A stretch of DNA of 64,000 nt from an uncultured virus (IMG/VR IMGVR_UViG_3300017733_000002) (taxonomy: Duplodnaviria; Heunggongvirae; Uroviricota; Caudoviricetes), in IMG/VR virus record IMGVR_UViG_3300017733_000002; one strand, given 5' to 3'. A model generated the notes under the pieces. That model had not been told where the DNA came from, made no database searches, and saw only the letters and a program-made list of their open reading frames with translations. Below are positions 38,379-47,700 of the stretch, piece after piece (positions within the stretch are counted from its first letter, which is position 1; every line of letters starts with the position of its first letter). The position numbers and the translations under genes are program-made.

Positions 38379-38717
38379 ATGCCTGCAGATAGTAAAATAA
38401 TAGATAAAGTAAAAGACTCTAATGGTGATTATCACATACAAGATCAAAAGCACCAAATAAATACAGAGTTAATCGGTATAATAAAATTTAGACAAAACAA
38501 AAAATGGTTAATTAGTATTGTTGTTGTTTCACTATTTGCTACAATATTAGGGCTCATGATATGGTTTATGAGTAGTGGTGTTGATGTGATGGGTGGATGG
38601 AAAGAAATATTATTGTTAATGTTAGGTGGTTTCGTTGGATCTTTTGCTAAAGTCATTGACTTTTGGTTTAATAACGCTGAAGACGACGTAAAATTACTAG
38701 AACATGCAGACGATTAA
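38379..38717 (+). CDS. 2-TM membrane protein (holin-like)
   Basis: Two TM helices ending VIDFWF; AGGAG RBS. Confidence 0.6.
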   Translation: MPADSKIIDKVKDSNGDYHIQDQKHQINTELIGIIKFRQNKKWLISIVVVSLFATILGLMIWFMSSGVDVMGGWKEILLLMLGGFVGSFAKVIDFWFNNAEDDVKLLEHADD

Positions 38718-38769
38718 TAACTTTTTCTATAAAAAAACATATTTATTAATATAACGGAGAGAGCAGCGT

Positions 38770-40383
38770 ATGTCATATTATAGCGAAGCCATTGCGAAAC
38801 ACATGTACACACATTTGGCTACAGAGGGGAAAGAAGAGTATCAAAAATTCTTTAGGTCTGCTCTTAAAAAATTCAATATAAAGTCACCAGCAGAATTAGA
38901 CGACTCTAAGAAAAAAGAGTTTTTTAATTATATAGAGAAAAATTACAAAGCTAAAAATGAAGACTTGGTTGGTGAAGGTGTTTTAAAAGAAAATCCTGCT
39001 GTTATAGCAACAGCTGCTCGTATGGCGATACAAAATGCTCAAGGAAAAAAAGTTTCTGTTAATACAGCAAGGCAGAAAGATTATGGTAAAAAAGATCCTT
39101 CTGCACACAAAAAAGCAAAAAGCATCTTTGATAAAATTAAAGACAAGTTTAAAAAGAAAGAAAAGCCAAAAAAGAAAGAAGCACCTAAAAGCCAAAGCAA
39201 ATCAGCAGCACAAAAATATGCAGATTTATATGGTGGAGGAGCAAAAGTAGAATCTACTAAAGAGTATGGTAAGACTCTTGATAAGATGGCAAGTGATAGA
39301 AAGATTAAGAACATATCCAAGAAAGATAGAGAGTTACTAGCAAAACTTGCACAGATGATGAAGACTGCAAATGAAGGTAAGCTTAGTTCTAAAATAAGAA
39401 AAGCTATACTTGTTGCAATAGGCATGAGTGGTAATATGACAGGTGCAGTTAAGAAGATTGAAAAGATGGCAAAAGGCTTATCTGATGATCCTAAAGTTAT
39501 GGCTGCTTTAAGAATTGCTAATGAAAATATAAATGAGAACGGAAGAGCAATTATGAAGTCTATTTCTAATGCAAATAAAGGTGCAATCGCTACAGGCGGT
39601 GGTTATGCTCCTTATATTAAGATGGGAAGAAATTCTTGGAAGCAAAAGAAAACAGGAACTAAGTCTCACGATGATGGAATATTCGATGCAATAGGCACAT
39701 TTAAAGATTTTGAGATTAAAGAAGCTTTAGATCCATATAAAGATTTTGACGGTTCACCAAAAGAAGACTACAATTTAAATCTCGGTGCTTTCGTAGATGA
39801 GTATCAAAAGTTTTTAAAGTTTATGAAAAAACATAAAGAAGTTCCAGATAAAAATAAAAGAGAGTGGGCCTTAGCAATTAGAAAAAAAGTTGGTCAAGGT
39901 ATGTTTAATGGACATATTCATGGTTTTGAAGATGTATCAGATTTACTATCTATGGGTGATAAATTCAGAAATTTAAAAGAGGGCACCCTTAACGAACTTG
40001 ACTGGAATCATGATATGAGCAGGATGTCTAGTGAAATAAATAAAGTCATGAAGATGGCTGGAATTAAAGTTCAAAAGCATGTACCTTATAAAAGGGCAAA
40101 TATGGGCGGTGATTCTGCACTATATGGTGCATTTATTACGACAAAAGACAAAGACGGTGAAGAGACAATTTTGCCAATAGAAGTAGATAGAAAAGGCATT
40201 GTAAGGTATGCAGGAGGTCCTAGTAAATGGCATCCGTTAGAGAAGATTGGTATGCTTAATATGAGTCATGCTAAGCCAGACGACTATTTAAAATTTAAAA
40301 CTTATGCAAGAACAAAAGCTTATTTAAAACAATTTAAAGGGATGCCAGGCTTTGGTCAGTCATCAATATCAAGGAAGAAATAA
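38770..40383 (+). CDS. modular basic protein (putative head polyprotein)
   Basis: Lys-rich modules separated by hydrophobic-x-E sites (LATE, LKE, ANE, INE, IKE, LNE). Confidence 0.6.
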   Translation: MSYYSEAIAKHMYTHLATEGKEEYQKFFRSALKKFNIKSPAELDDSKKKEFFNYIEKNYKAKNEDLVGEGVLKENPAVIATAARMAIQNAQGKKVSVNTARQKDYGKKDPSAHKKAKSIFDKIKDKFKKKEKPKKKEAPKSQSKSAAQKYADLYGGGAKVESTKEYGKTLDKMASDRKIKNISKKDRELLAKLAQMMKTANEGKLSSKIRKAILVAIGMSGNMTGAVKKIEKMAKGLSDDPKVMAALRIANENINENGRAIMKSISNANKGAIATGGGYAPYIKMGRNSWKQKKTGTKSHDDGIFDAIGTFKDFEIKEALDPYKDFDGSPKEDYNLNLGAFVDEYQKFLKFMKKHKEVPDKNKREWALAIRKKVGQGMFNGHIHGFEDVSDLLSMGDKFRNLKEGTLNELDWNHDMSRMSSEINKVMKMAGIKVQKHVPYKRANMGGDSALYGAFITTKDKDGEETILPIEVDRKGIVRYAGGPSKWHPLEKIGMLNMSHAKPDDYLKFKTYARTKAYLKQFKGMPGFGQSSISRKK

Positions 40384-40384
40384 C

Positions 40385-41047
40385 ATGAAAATTAAAAAAT
40401 CAGACATAGCCGAGATGGTAAAACAAGAAGTTGCATCACTTAAAAAAGAAGATGTTACACTTCCAGCAAATATTAAAAGATTTATGGATAAGTTAACCAG
40501 TGCTTTAAAAGACAAAGGCCTTAATAGAAAAAGGCAGACTGCGATACTAGGTGGTGTTATAGATTCACTTGGCATCGATCCTAGCCAGCTTATGAGGATG
40601 GTCAGAATGTCAAAGAAGGGCATGGAAGTGAAATCACGTAATTTACCTGAAAATAAAGAAAATATTACTGAGAACAAACTGTCTAAAGAACAGATGAAAT
40701 TTGCAAAACCTATTTTTGCTGCAGCAGCTAAAAAAGGTGGATTTAAGATTAAGAAAATGACAATGTACCGTCAACCACAAGCAGAAATTGCAGTATACAA
40801 ATATGGAAAAGATAGTGGTAGCCTGTGGAGTGTTTGGGGAACAACTTTTACTAAATCAGAAGCAATGGCAATAAAAAAACTTATTGAAAAGACAGATTCT
40901 GATATGATCTCTGGAGAACCTTCTTACAGACCGAAAGTAAAAGTTGGAACAGATACTGAATATATGGATCTTTGGGTAGCTGCTCAATTCGCTGGTATAA
41001 AATACGATCGCGATGAGTATGACAGATTATTTAGGAGTAAAGACTAA
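40385..41047 (+). CDS. hypothetical protein (MKIKKSDIAEMVKQE leader)
   Basis: ATG at 40385 follows the upstream stop. Confidence 0.65.
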   Translation: MKIKKSDIAEMVKQEVASLKKEDVTLPANIKRFMDKLTSALKDKGLNRKRQTAILGGVIDSLGIDPSQLMRMVRMSKKGMEVKSRNLPENKENITENKLSKEQMKFAKPIFAAAAKKGGFKIKKMTMYRQPQAEIAVYKYGKDSGSLWSVWGTTFTKSEAMAIKKLIEKTDSDMISGEPSYRPKVKVGTDTEYMDLWVAAQFAGIKYDRDEYDRLFRSKD

Positions 41048-41343
41048 TGATTAAATTAAAAGATTTACTAAAAGAGAGCATTGGCGGTTTAGTTACTATT
41101 CCTGCAATAAATGCACCTATGAATTATGAAGAGAGAAAGCCAGTACAGGAATTAGAATACACGCCTGGTGATCTTGATTCTGTTAATAAAAAATCTCAAG
41201 AATTAGGTAAACTATTTAGAAAAATGGCAAATCAGATTTCTAGAGATCTAGATAGTAAAGAAAATAGAGCAGTTGGTCAAACACTAAAAGCTTACAACGC
41301 TTATTTTGCAGAACTTAAAAAGATGAACAAGGCACTAAAATGA
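41047..41343 (+). CDS. MIKLKDLLKE-leader protein
   Basis: AGGAG RBS and shared leader. Confidence 0.7.
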   Translation: MIKLKDLLKESIGGLVTIPAINAPMNYEERKPVQELEYTPGDLDSVNKKSQELGKLFRKMANQISRDLDSKENRAVGQTLKAYNAYFAELKKMNKALK

Positions 41344-41675
41344 TAAAATTAAAAGATTTAATTGCAAATTCTTCACAAAAAGGACATATATCTCAACATC
41401 ATCCAGCTGCAGCTTTTGCGCCTACTAATACTGTACAGGAAGGACCTGCTGAAGATGACATGAAATCAGCAGAAAAACTTAGACACGGATTAGAAGATGC
41501 TATCAGCATCATAGACAAGCAGATGATTATGATTGATCAAAAGCTATCTAGTTTTAATTCTCCAGGTCTAAAACACGCTTTCACAGATGCCTTAAAAGCA
41601 GGATTAAAAAGACAGGGTAAGTTTGAATGGAAGGTTGCATCAAAAAGATTAAAAGAATATTACAAAAAAAATTAA
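41340..41675 (+). CDS. MIKLKDLI-leader protein
   Basis: Shared leader and ATGA overlap. Confidence 0.7.
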   Translation: MIKLKDLIANSSQKGHISQHHPAAAFAPTNTVQEGPAEDDMKSAEKLRHGLEDAISIIDKQMIMIDQKLSSFNSPGLKHAFTDALKAGLKRQGKFEWKVASKRLKEYYKKN

Positions 41676-41718
41676 AGTCACAATAGGTGACATAAATAAG
41701 ATGAACGGAGGTAGTAAG

Positions 41719-41913
41719 ATGAAAGACGTATTAAAGTTATTATTATCAGCAGTTATACTTTTCGCTGCTGTCCCAACTGTCAATGCAGCTGATATGAATA
41801 TGGCTGGGATGGAAGAGATAAAGAAGAAGAAAAAGAAAAAAGGTAAGAAAATGCAAAAAGGCAAGAAGGGAAAGAAGAAGGGCTTCTTTTCTAAAATGTT
41901 TGGTAGCAAATAG
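41719..41913 (+). CDS. secreted poly-lysine peptide 1
   Basis: GGAGG RBS; signal peptide ending VNA; AGMEEIKKKKKKKGKK...GFFSKMFGSK. Confidence 0.75.
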   Translation: MKDVLKLLLSAVILFAAVPTVNAADMNMAGMEEIKKKKKKKGKKMQKGKKGKKKGFFSKMFGSK

Positions 41914-41923
41914 AAAGGACTAA

Positions 41924-42133
41924 ATGAAGAACATACTTAAAGTATTACTTTCAGCTTTTATTCTTTTAGGATCAGTTCCAACATTACAAGCAGATAATTC
42001 TGCAGGTATGGAAGAGATTAAAAAGAAGAAAAAGAAGAAGGGCAAAAAAATTAAAGGTAAAGAAGGCAAAGGTAAAAAAGGCGGAGCTTGGGGTAATTGG
42101 AAAGCCAAGTGGAAGAAGAAGAAAGATAAATAA
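41924..42133 (+). CDS. secreted poly-lysine peptide 2
   Basis: AAGGA RBS; signal peptide ending LQA; AGMEEIKKKKKKKGKK...WGNWKAKWKKKKDK. Confidence 0.75.
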   Translation: MKNILKVLLSAFILLGSVPTLQADNSAGMEEIKKKKKKKGKKIKGKEGKGKKGGAWGNWKAKWKKKKDK

Positions 42134-42426
42134 TGAATAATCCTATAGCAAAATTTTACCAATGGCAAGTAAGTAGTGGAGCATTAGATGGTTGGACATC
42201 CTATCATTTGGCTGCTGGGCTATTTATTGCTAAAGTTGCACAATGGCTAGGAGCAACAGACTTCTGGGCTGTCATGTGGGTTGTTATTATCGGTGTTGCA
42301 TGGGAAATCTTTGAAGTATATGTTGAAGGTACTGAAGAAACTTATGGCACAAAAGAAAGATGGGCATATAATACAGGTGCTGATCTATTCGTGGAGATAG
42401 CAGCAGCATGGTGGATGGTACTTTAA
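42133..42426 (+). CDS. 3-TM membrane protein with D..H/E/D motif (VanZ/DUF2238-like)
   Basis: DGWTSYHL, AWEIFE and NT.AD polar residues set in TM helices. Confidence 0.6.
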   Translation: MNNPIAKFYQWQVSSGALDGWTSYHLAAGLFIAKVAQWLGATDFWAVMWVVIIGVAWEIFEVYVEGTEETYGTKERWAYNTGADLFVEIAAAWWMVL

Positions 42427-43265
42427 AATCTTATCGACATTTTCGTAAGTATACTGATCCTGAAATCAGAGATGAGCAGGACGAGTATTTTGATAATGAT
42501 GCTACAAAGCAAACTGCACCCGGTCTTTTTCGTGATAGAGATGATATAACCTATTATATAAAAGACTCTAGACTAGAACTTCTAGATATGGATGAGTTAC
42601 GATTATTAAAAAACTCTGATGTTGCAGAAATATTAAAACACGATAAAAAAGATATTAGACTAAAAGCTGCTATAAAGCTAGCTAAGCATTATGGCAAAGA
42701 CTATAAGTCTATTCTTAACGCATTTAGAAATGATCACAAGCTTCCTCCTCCTTTAGTTATAAGAGACAAACAAGATAATTTATACTTAATGTCAGGTAAT
42801 ACTAGAATAATGTTGGCAGCTGCATTAGGATTTAATATGCCGGTGAAGATTGTTAAGTACAAGAAAACTCTACAGACAGAAAATTTTAAGCTTAACAAAT
42901 CAAAGATGATAGATGTTGCTAACTGGTTGGTTAAACAGCATAAGCTAAGATCAAAAGTTAAAATATCTAGAAGTACTAATATGAGAGGCAACTACTATTG
43001 GGATACTGATACTATAGTAATCGATAATAATCCGAGTGATATGTTAGATTTTGTAGAAACAATTTTACATGAAATAGATCACGCAATTGTGAGGAAAAAA
43101 TTAGGTGCAAACAAATACGAAGTACAATATACAAAAGCTGGTCAAGAAGCTGTTGATAAAGGGAAAGACTTCCACGACGACAACCCATTCGAAATACAAG
43201 CAGAGAAGTATGCTGAGAAGAATGGTAAAAAATGGCTTAAAAAAATATTGCATTTTCTAAAATAG
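42408..43265 (+). CDS. ParB/Srx-like domain fused to HExxH metallopeptidase-like domain
   Basis: PPPLVI...YLMSGNTR, then TILHEIDH...NPFEIQAE. Confidence 0.65.
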   Translation: MVDGTLKSYRHFRKYTDPEIRDEQDEYFDNDATKQTAPGLFRDRDDITYYIKDSRLELLDMDELRLLKNSDVAEILKHDKKDIRLKAAIKLAKHYGKDYKSILNAFRNDHKLPPPLVIRDKQDNLYLMSGNTRIMLAAALGFNMPVKIVKYKKTLQTENFKLNKSKMIDVANWLVKQHKLRSKVKISRSTNMRGNYYWDTDTIVIDNNPSDMLDFVETILHEIDHAIVRKKLGANKYEVQYTKAGQEAVDKGKDFHDDNPFEIQAEKYAEKNGKKWLKKILHFLK

Positions 43266-43477
43266 CAAGTATATATATTATCGTACATGTACAAGGTTTT
43301 AGTTAATTCTGAAATTATAATCTCAACAAAACTGATATAATAGTGTATTTTGAGTTATAATTTTTAATTTAATTTTAGCTAATAACTACTAAAGCTAAAG
43401 CTTATAGCTATAATAAGTTATTTTAAATTAAAAACTAAAACACTACAAAAACAACTAAAACTAAAGGTTTAAACAAT
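43266..43477. other. AT-rich non-coding region with short repeats (candidate origin or promoter)
   Basis: Repeated (A)AACTAAAA and TAAAGC/TAGCTA units directly upstream of the replication genes. Confidence 0.35.
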
Positions 43478-43834
43478 ATGAAGCCTAGAAGCGCTAAAGC
43501 AAAAGGTAAAAGGTTACAAAATAAAGTTACACAACTATTACAAGAAAAATATTCTTCAGTATTAGAAGCAGGAGATTTTAAGTCTACTACTATGGGTGAA
43601 CATGGTATGGATGTACAATTATCCCCTTCAGCTAGAAAACATTTTCCTTATGCAATAGAATGTAAAAATCAAGAGCAGCTAAATATCTGGAAGAGTATGG
43701 AACAAGCAGAAAAGAACTGTGAAGGCTTAACTCCTCTTCTGATATTCAAACGTAATGGAACTAAAATATATGCAGCTCTAGAGATTAGTGACTTTTTAAA
43801 TATATTAGATGGAAATAAAGAACAGACTAAGTAG
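43478..43834 (+). CDS. PD-(D/E)xK nuclease, Holliday-junction-resolvase-like (T5 D14-like)
   Basis: SAKAKGKR, G.DV.LS and IECKNQE. Confidence 0.75.
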   Translation: MKPRSAKAKGKRLQNKVTQLLQEKYSSVLEAGDFKSTTMGEHGMDVQLSPSARKHFPYAIECKNQEQLNIWKSMEQAEKNCEGLTPLLIFKRNGTKIYAALEISDFLNILDGNKEQTK

Positions 43835-44726
43835 TATACTAGATAACGTTTTTAAGAGTAAAAGCGTATCAGGTGGTGCTAATGAGATAGCTTATTGTTG
43901 TCCATTCTGCAATCATCATAAACCTAAGCTACAGATTAATGTAGAAACACAACAGTGGCATTGCTGGGTTTGTGATGCTAAGGGTAAGTCAGTATTTAGC
44001 TTGGCTAAGAAACTAAAAGCAGCTAAGTCTATTTATCAAGAACTAGAGGCTATATACAAAAACTCTAAATTTAGTAAAAGCAAATATGTAAAAGATTCCT
44101 TTGTAAAGCTACCAGAGGAATATATTCCAATGGCATTCTTAAAAAGTGACTCTCTCTCCTATGGACATGCTAAGAAGTACTTAAATAAAAGAGGAATAAC
44201 AGAAGAAGACATTATCAAGTACAGCATAGGATATTGTGTAGACGGTGACTATGGAGGAAGAATAATTGTTCCTTCATATGATTCAAATGGCAATTTAAAC
44301 TATTTCGTAGCTAGATCTTTTTACAATTCACCTCTAAAGTACAAAAATCCACCAGCACCAAAAGATACTATAATATTTGACATGTATATAAATTGGAATA
44401 TGCCTGTAATATTATGTGAAGGTGTTTTTGACGCGATGGCTATTAAAAAGAATGCAGTACCACTTTTAGGAAAGACAGTACAAGATACACTACTTAAAAA
44501 TTTAATTAATAATACAAAAGAAGTTATAGTATGTCTAGATGCAGATGCACAAGACACTATCTACAAGGTTACAGAAAAACTACTTAGAAATGGAGTTAAA
44601 GTTTCTAGAGTAAATTTAACGAAAGGCGATCCTTCAGACTTAGGGTTTAAAGTAATGAATTTTGCTTTAACAAAAGCAATACCGGTAAACGAATACGACT
44701 TAATAAGGCAAAAAATAAACATATGA
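43809..44726 (+). CDS. DNA primase (CHC2 Zn finger + TOPRIM)
   Basis: CPFC.H...WHCWVC, YLNKRG, RIIVP, CEGVFDAM and CLDAD. Confidence 0.9.
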   Translation: MEIKNRLSSILDNVFKSKSVSGGANEIAYCCPFCNHHKPKLQINVETQQWHCWVCDAKGKSVFSLAKKLKAAKSIYQELEAIYKNSKFSKSKYVKDSFVKLPEEYIPMAFLKSDSLSYGHAKKYLNKRGITEEDIIKYSIGYCVDGDYGGRIIVPSYDSNGNLNYFVARSFYNSPLKYKNPPAPKDTIIFDMYINWNMPVILCEGVFDAMAIKKNAVPLLGKTVQDTLLKNLINNTKEVIVCLDADAQDTIYKVTEKLLRNGVKVSRVNLTKGDPSDLGFKVMNFALTKAIPVNEYDLIRQKINI

Positions 44727-47700
44727 AAATAAAAACAAAATTCAGATCACTCAAAAAGATATACCACATATCTGATATTCAAATAAGAAATTTAAAACGA
44801 CATAAAGAATTTGAGCAATGTTTTGAAAACCTATACACTTTTCTTAGAAAAGATCCTGATAACTCTGTAGTCTACATAGGTGGCGATATCGCTCACAGTA
44901 AAACAGATATGTCTCCAGAGCTGGTAGATCAGCTTTCTAGACTGTTTAAGAATTTAGCCGATATATGTCCCACTCTTTTAATCGCAGGAAATCATGATTG
45001 TAATTTAAACAATAGATCTAGGCTGGATGTACTAACACCAATTGTACAGAATTTAAATCACTCTAATTTACACTACTTAGATAAGACAGATGTGTACTAT
45101 ATAGGTGATGTTGGCTTTGCTGTTTTAGAAGTAAGAGATGATGAAGCAAATCTACCAGATCCTAGTACAATTAAAGCAAAAACAAAAGTATTATTATTTC
45201 ATGGTACTGTTGATAAATCACAGACAGACTTGGGTTTTGCATTACCTTCTGCTGTTAAACTAAAAGACTTTGATGGTTATGATATGGTAATGCTAGGTGA
45301 TATTCACAAAATGCAGACAATGCAAGAATACAAAGAAGGAAAAGTTAAAAAGCCTGCTGTAAGATATTGTGGTTCATTAGTACAACAAAATCACGGAGAA
45401 ACTTTACTAGGCCACGGAGTATCTGTATGGGATGTTAAGACAAGATCATTTGTACACCAAGAAATAGAAAATGAGTACGGATATTACACTATGGATATTG
45501 ATAGTGGACTAGTACCAAAAGTAGATGATTTACCAAAGCAAGCAAGATTAAGATTAAGGGTTAAGAACACTTCGCCGTCTGATTTAAAAAAAGCGCTTAC
45601 TGTTATTAAGCATAGGCACAACATAAAAGAAATGTCTATTATAAGAGAGGACAATTATAAGGTTGATGCCGGAAATTCTTCAACTGTAGACTTTGGTGAT
45701 GTATCAGACACTGATGTACAGAATGGATTAATAGAAAACTATCTAAAAACAAACACAACAGCAGATGACAACACCATAGAAAAAGTTAAAAAAATTAATA
45801 AAGAGCTTAGTAGTGCTATTATAGGAGAAGAAATCTCTAGAAATATAAACTGGAAACCTACAAGATTTGAGTTTTCTAATATGTTTAGTTACGGAGAAGA
45901 TAATGTAATAGACTTTAAAAGATGTAATGGAATTGCAGGATTATTTAGCCCAAATGCAAGTGGTAAGTCAAGTATATTAGATGCAATAACATTTTGTTTA
46001 TTTGATAAATCAACTAGAGCTTATAAAGCAGAAAATGTTATGAATCACGCAAAATCTGATTTTAGCTGTAAGCTAGAATTTGATGTAGGGAATGATCAGT
46101 ATGTAATTGAAAGAAGAGGAAGAATACAAAATAATAAAGTAGCATCAACAAGAGTTGATGTAGAATTTTATAGACTAGATGATGGAAAAAAGTTTTCATT
46201 AAATGGTGATCAAAGAGCATCTACAAATAAAAATATTAGAAAACTAGTAGGCACATATGAAGATTTTATAATGACTAGCTTTTCATCACAAGGCAATTCA
46301 GACATGTTCTTAGGTCTAAATCAGACAGAGAAGAAAGAAATATTAGGTAAGTTTTTAGGCTTATCTGTTTTTGATCAACTATATAAACTTGCAAAAGAAG
46401 AGTCTAGCGGCCTTCAAGCAATGTTAAAAAACTTTTTAGATGCAGATTATGATCAACAAATAAGTGATATTGAAAATGAGATGGATGCAGTTATAGAGGT
46501 AATTGAAAAGCTTAATATTTCACTTCATGAAAAAGAAGAATCTAGAGATGTTTTTAAAGATAAGATTATCGACCTTGTAAAAGTTATAAAACCAATTGAC
46601 AGTACATTAAGATCAATAGACGAATTAGAAAATGAATATTCAAACACAGATGCAAATTTACAGTCACTAACTGCAAGATTAGAATCAACAAAGACGCAGC
46701 TTCAAAATGCTAAAAAAGATGAAGAAATACTTAAAAATAGAATAAGTTCAGAGAAGTATGTAGATATTGATTCTAGGTTGACTGAACATGAACTGCTAGT
46801 AACACAAAAAGACGAAACAAAAGTAGAAGTTAATTCTTTAAAAGTTGAAGTAAAGAACAAACTAGAGAAAATAAATAAGCTAGGTGATCTAGACTATGAT
46901 CCTAACTGTGAAAAATGTGTTAATAATATCTTTGTCAAAGATGCGATACAGACAAAAGAAGCTTTGACAAATGATAAGCAGAGGGCAGGAACATTAGTGG
47001 CAAAGCTAAAAACACTAGAAAATAAAATACAGATAAATAATGATGTTTTAGAAATACACAGAGAATTTAAAAGCTTAAACTTAGAATTAAGTAATACTAC
47101 ATCTAACATAACCACATTTGAAAGAAGAATTAAAGAAATAAAAGATTCATCAAAAACTGCAAAAGCATTAAAAAGCACTGTAAAAAGTGAAATTAAAAGA
47201 AGTCAGTCTTATCAAAAAGACATAGACTTTAATACTGAGATACAAGAAAAAATAGATGATGCAAAAAATTCAGAGTCAATTATCAATACTGAAATAAAGG
47301 CAATGAATAATGATATACAGGAGTATGTTGGGAAAAAATCTGCGCTAGAATCTAAAAAAGAAGAAATAATACAAGTTATAAATAAAGTTACAGACTTAGA
47401 ACAAAAGTACGAAGCATATAAATATTACTTGATGGCAGTTGACAAGAATGGTGTTAGCTACGATTTAATTTCTCAAGTCTTAATAAATGTAGAGACAGAA
47501 GTAAATGATATACTTGCACAAATAGTTGATTTCCAAATCATATTCGAGATGGATGGAAAGAATATTAACAACTACATAGCTTACGGTGATGATAAGTCTT
47601 GGTCACTAGAAATGGCATCTGGTATGGAAAAATTTATTTCAACTCTTGCAATTAGAATTGCACTGACAAATATATCAAACCTACCTAGACCTAATTTTAT

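Noticed and set aside
41820..42040. Poly-A slippage artefact explaining the lysine runs
   Set aside because: The runs use interleaved AAG/AAA codons and are conserved at protein level between two diverged paralogs.
330..47178. Numerous minus-strand ORFs of 60-207 aa in the track (e.g. 13817..14440, 5030..5461)
   Set aside because: All lie antisense to well-supported + strand genes and show no recognisable motifs.
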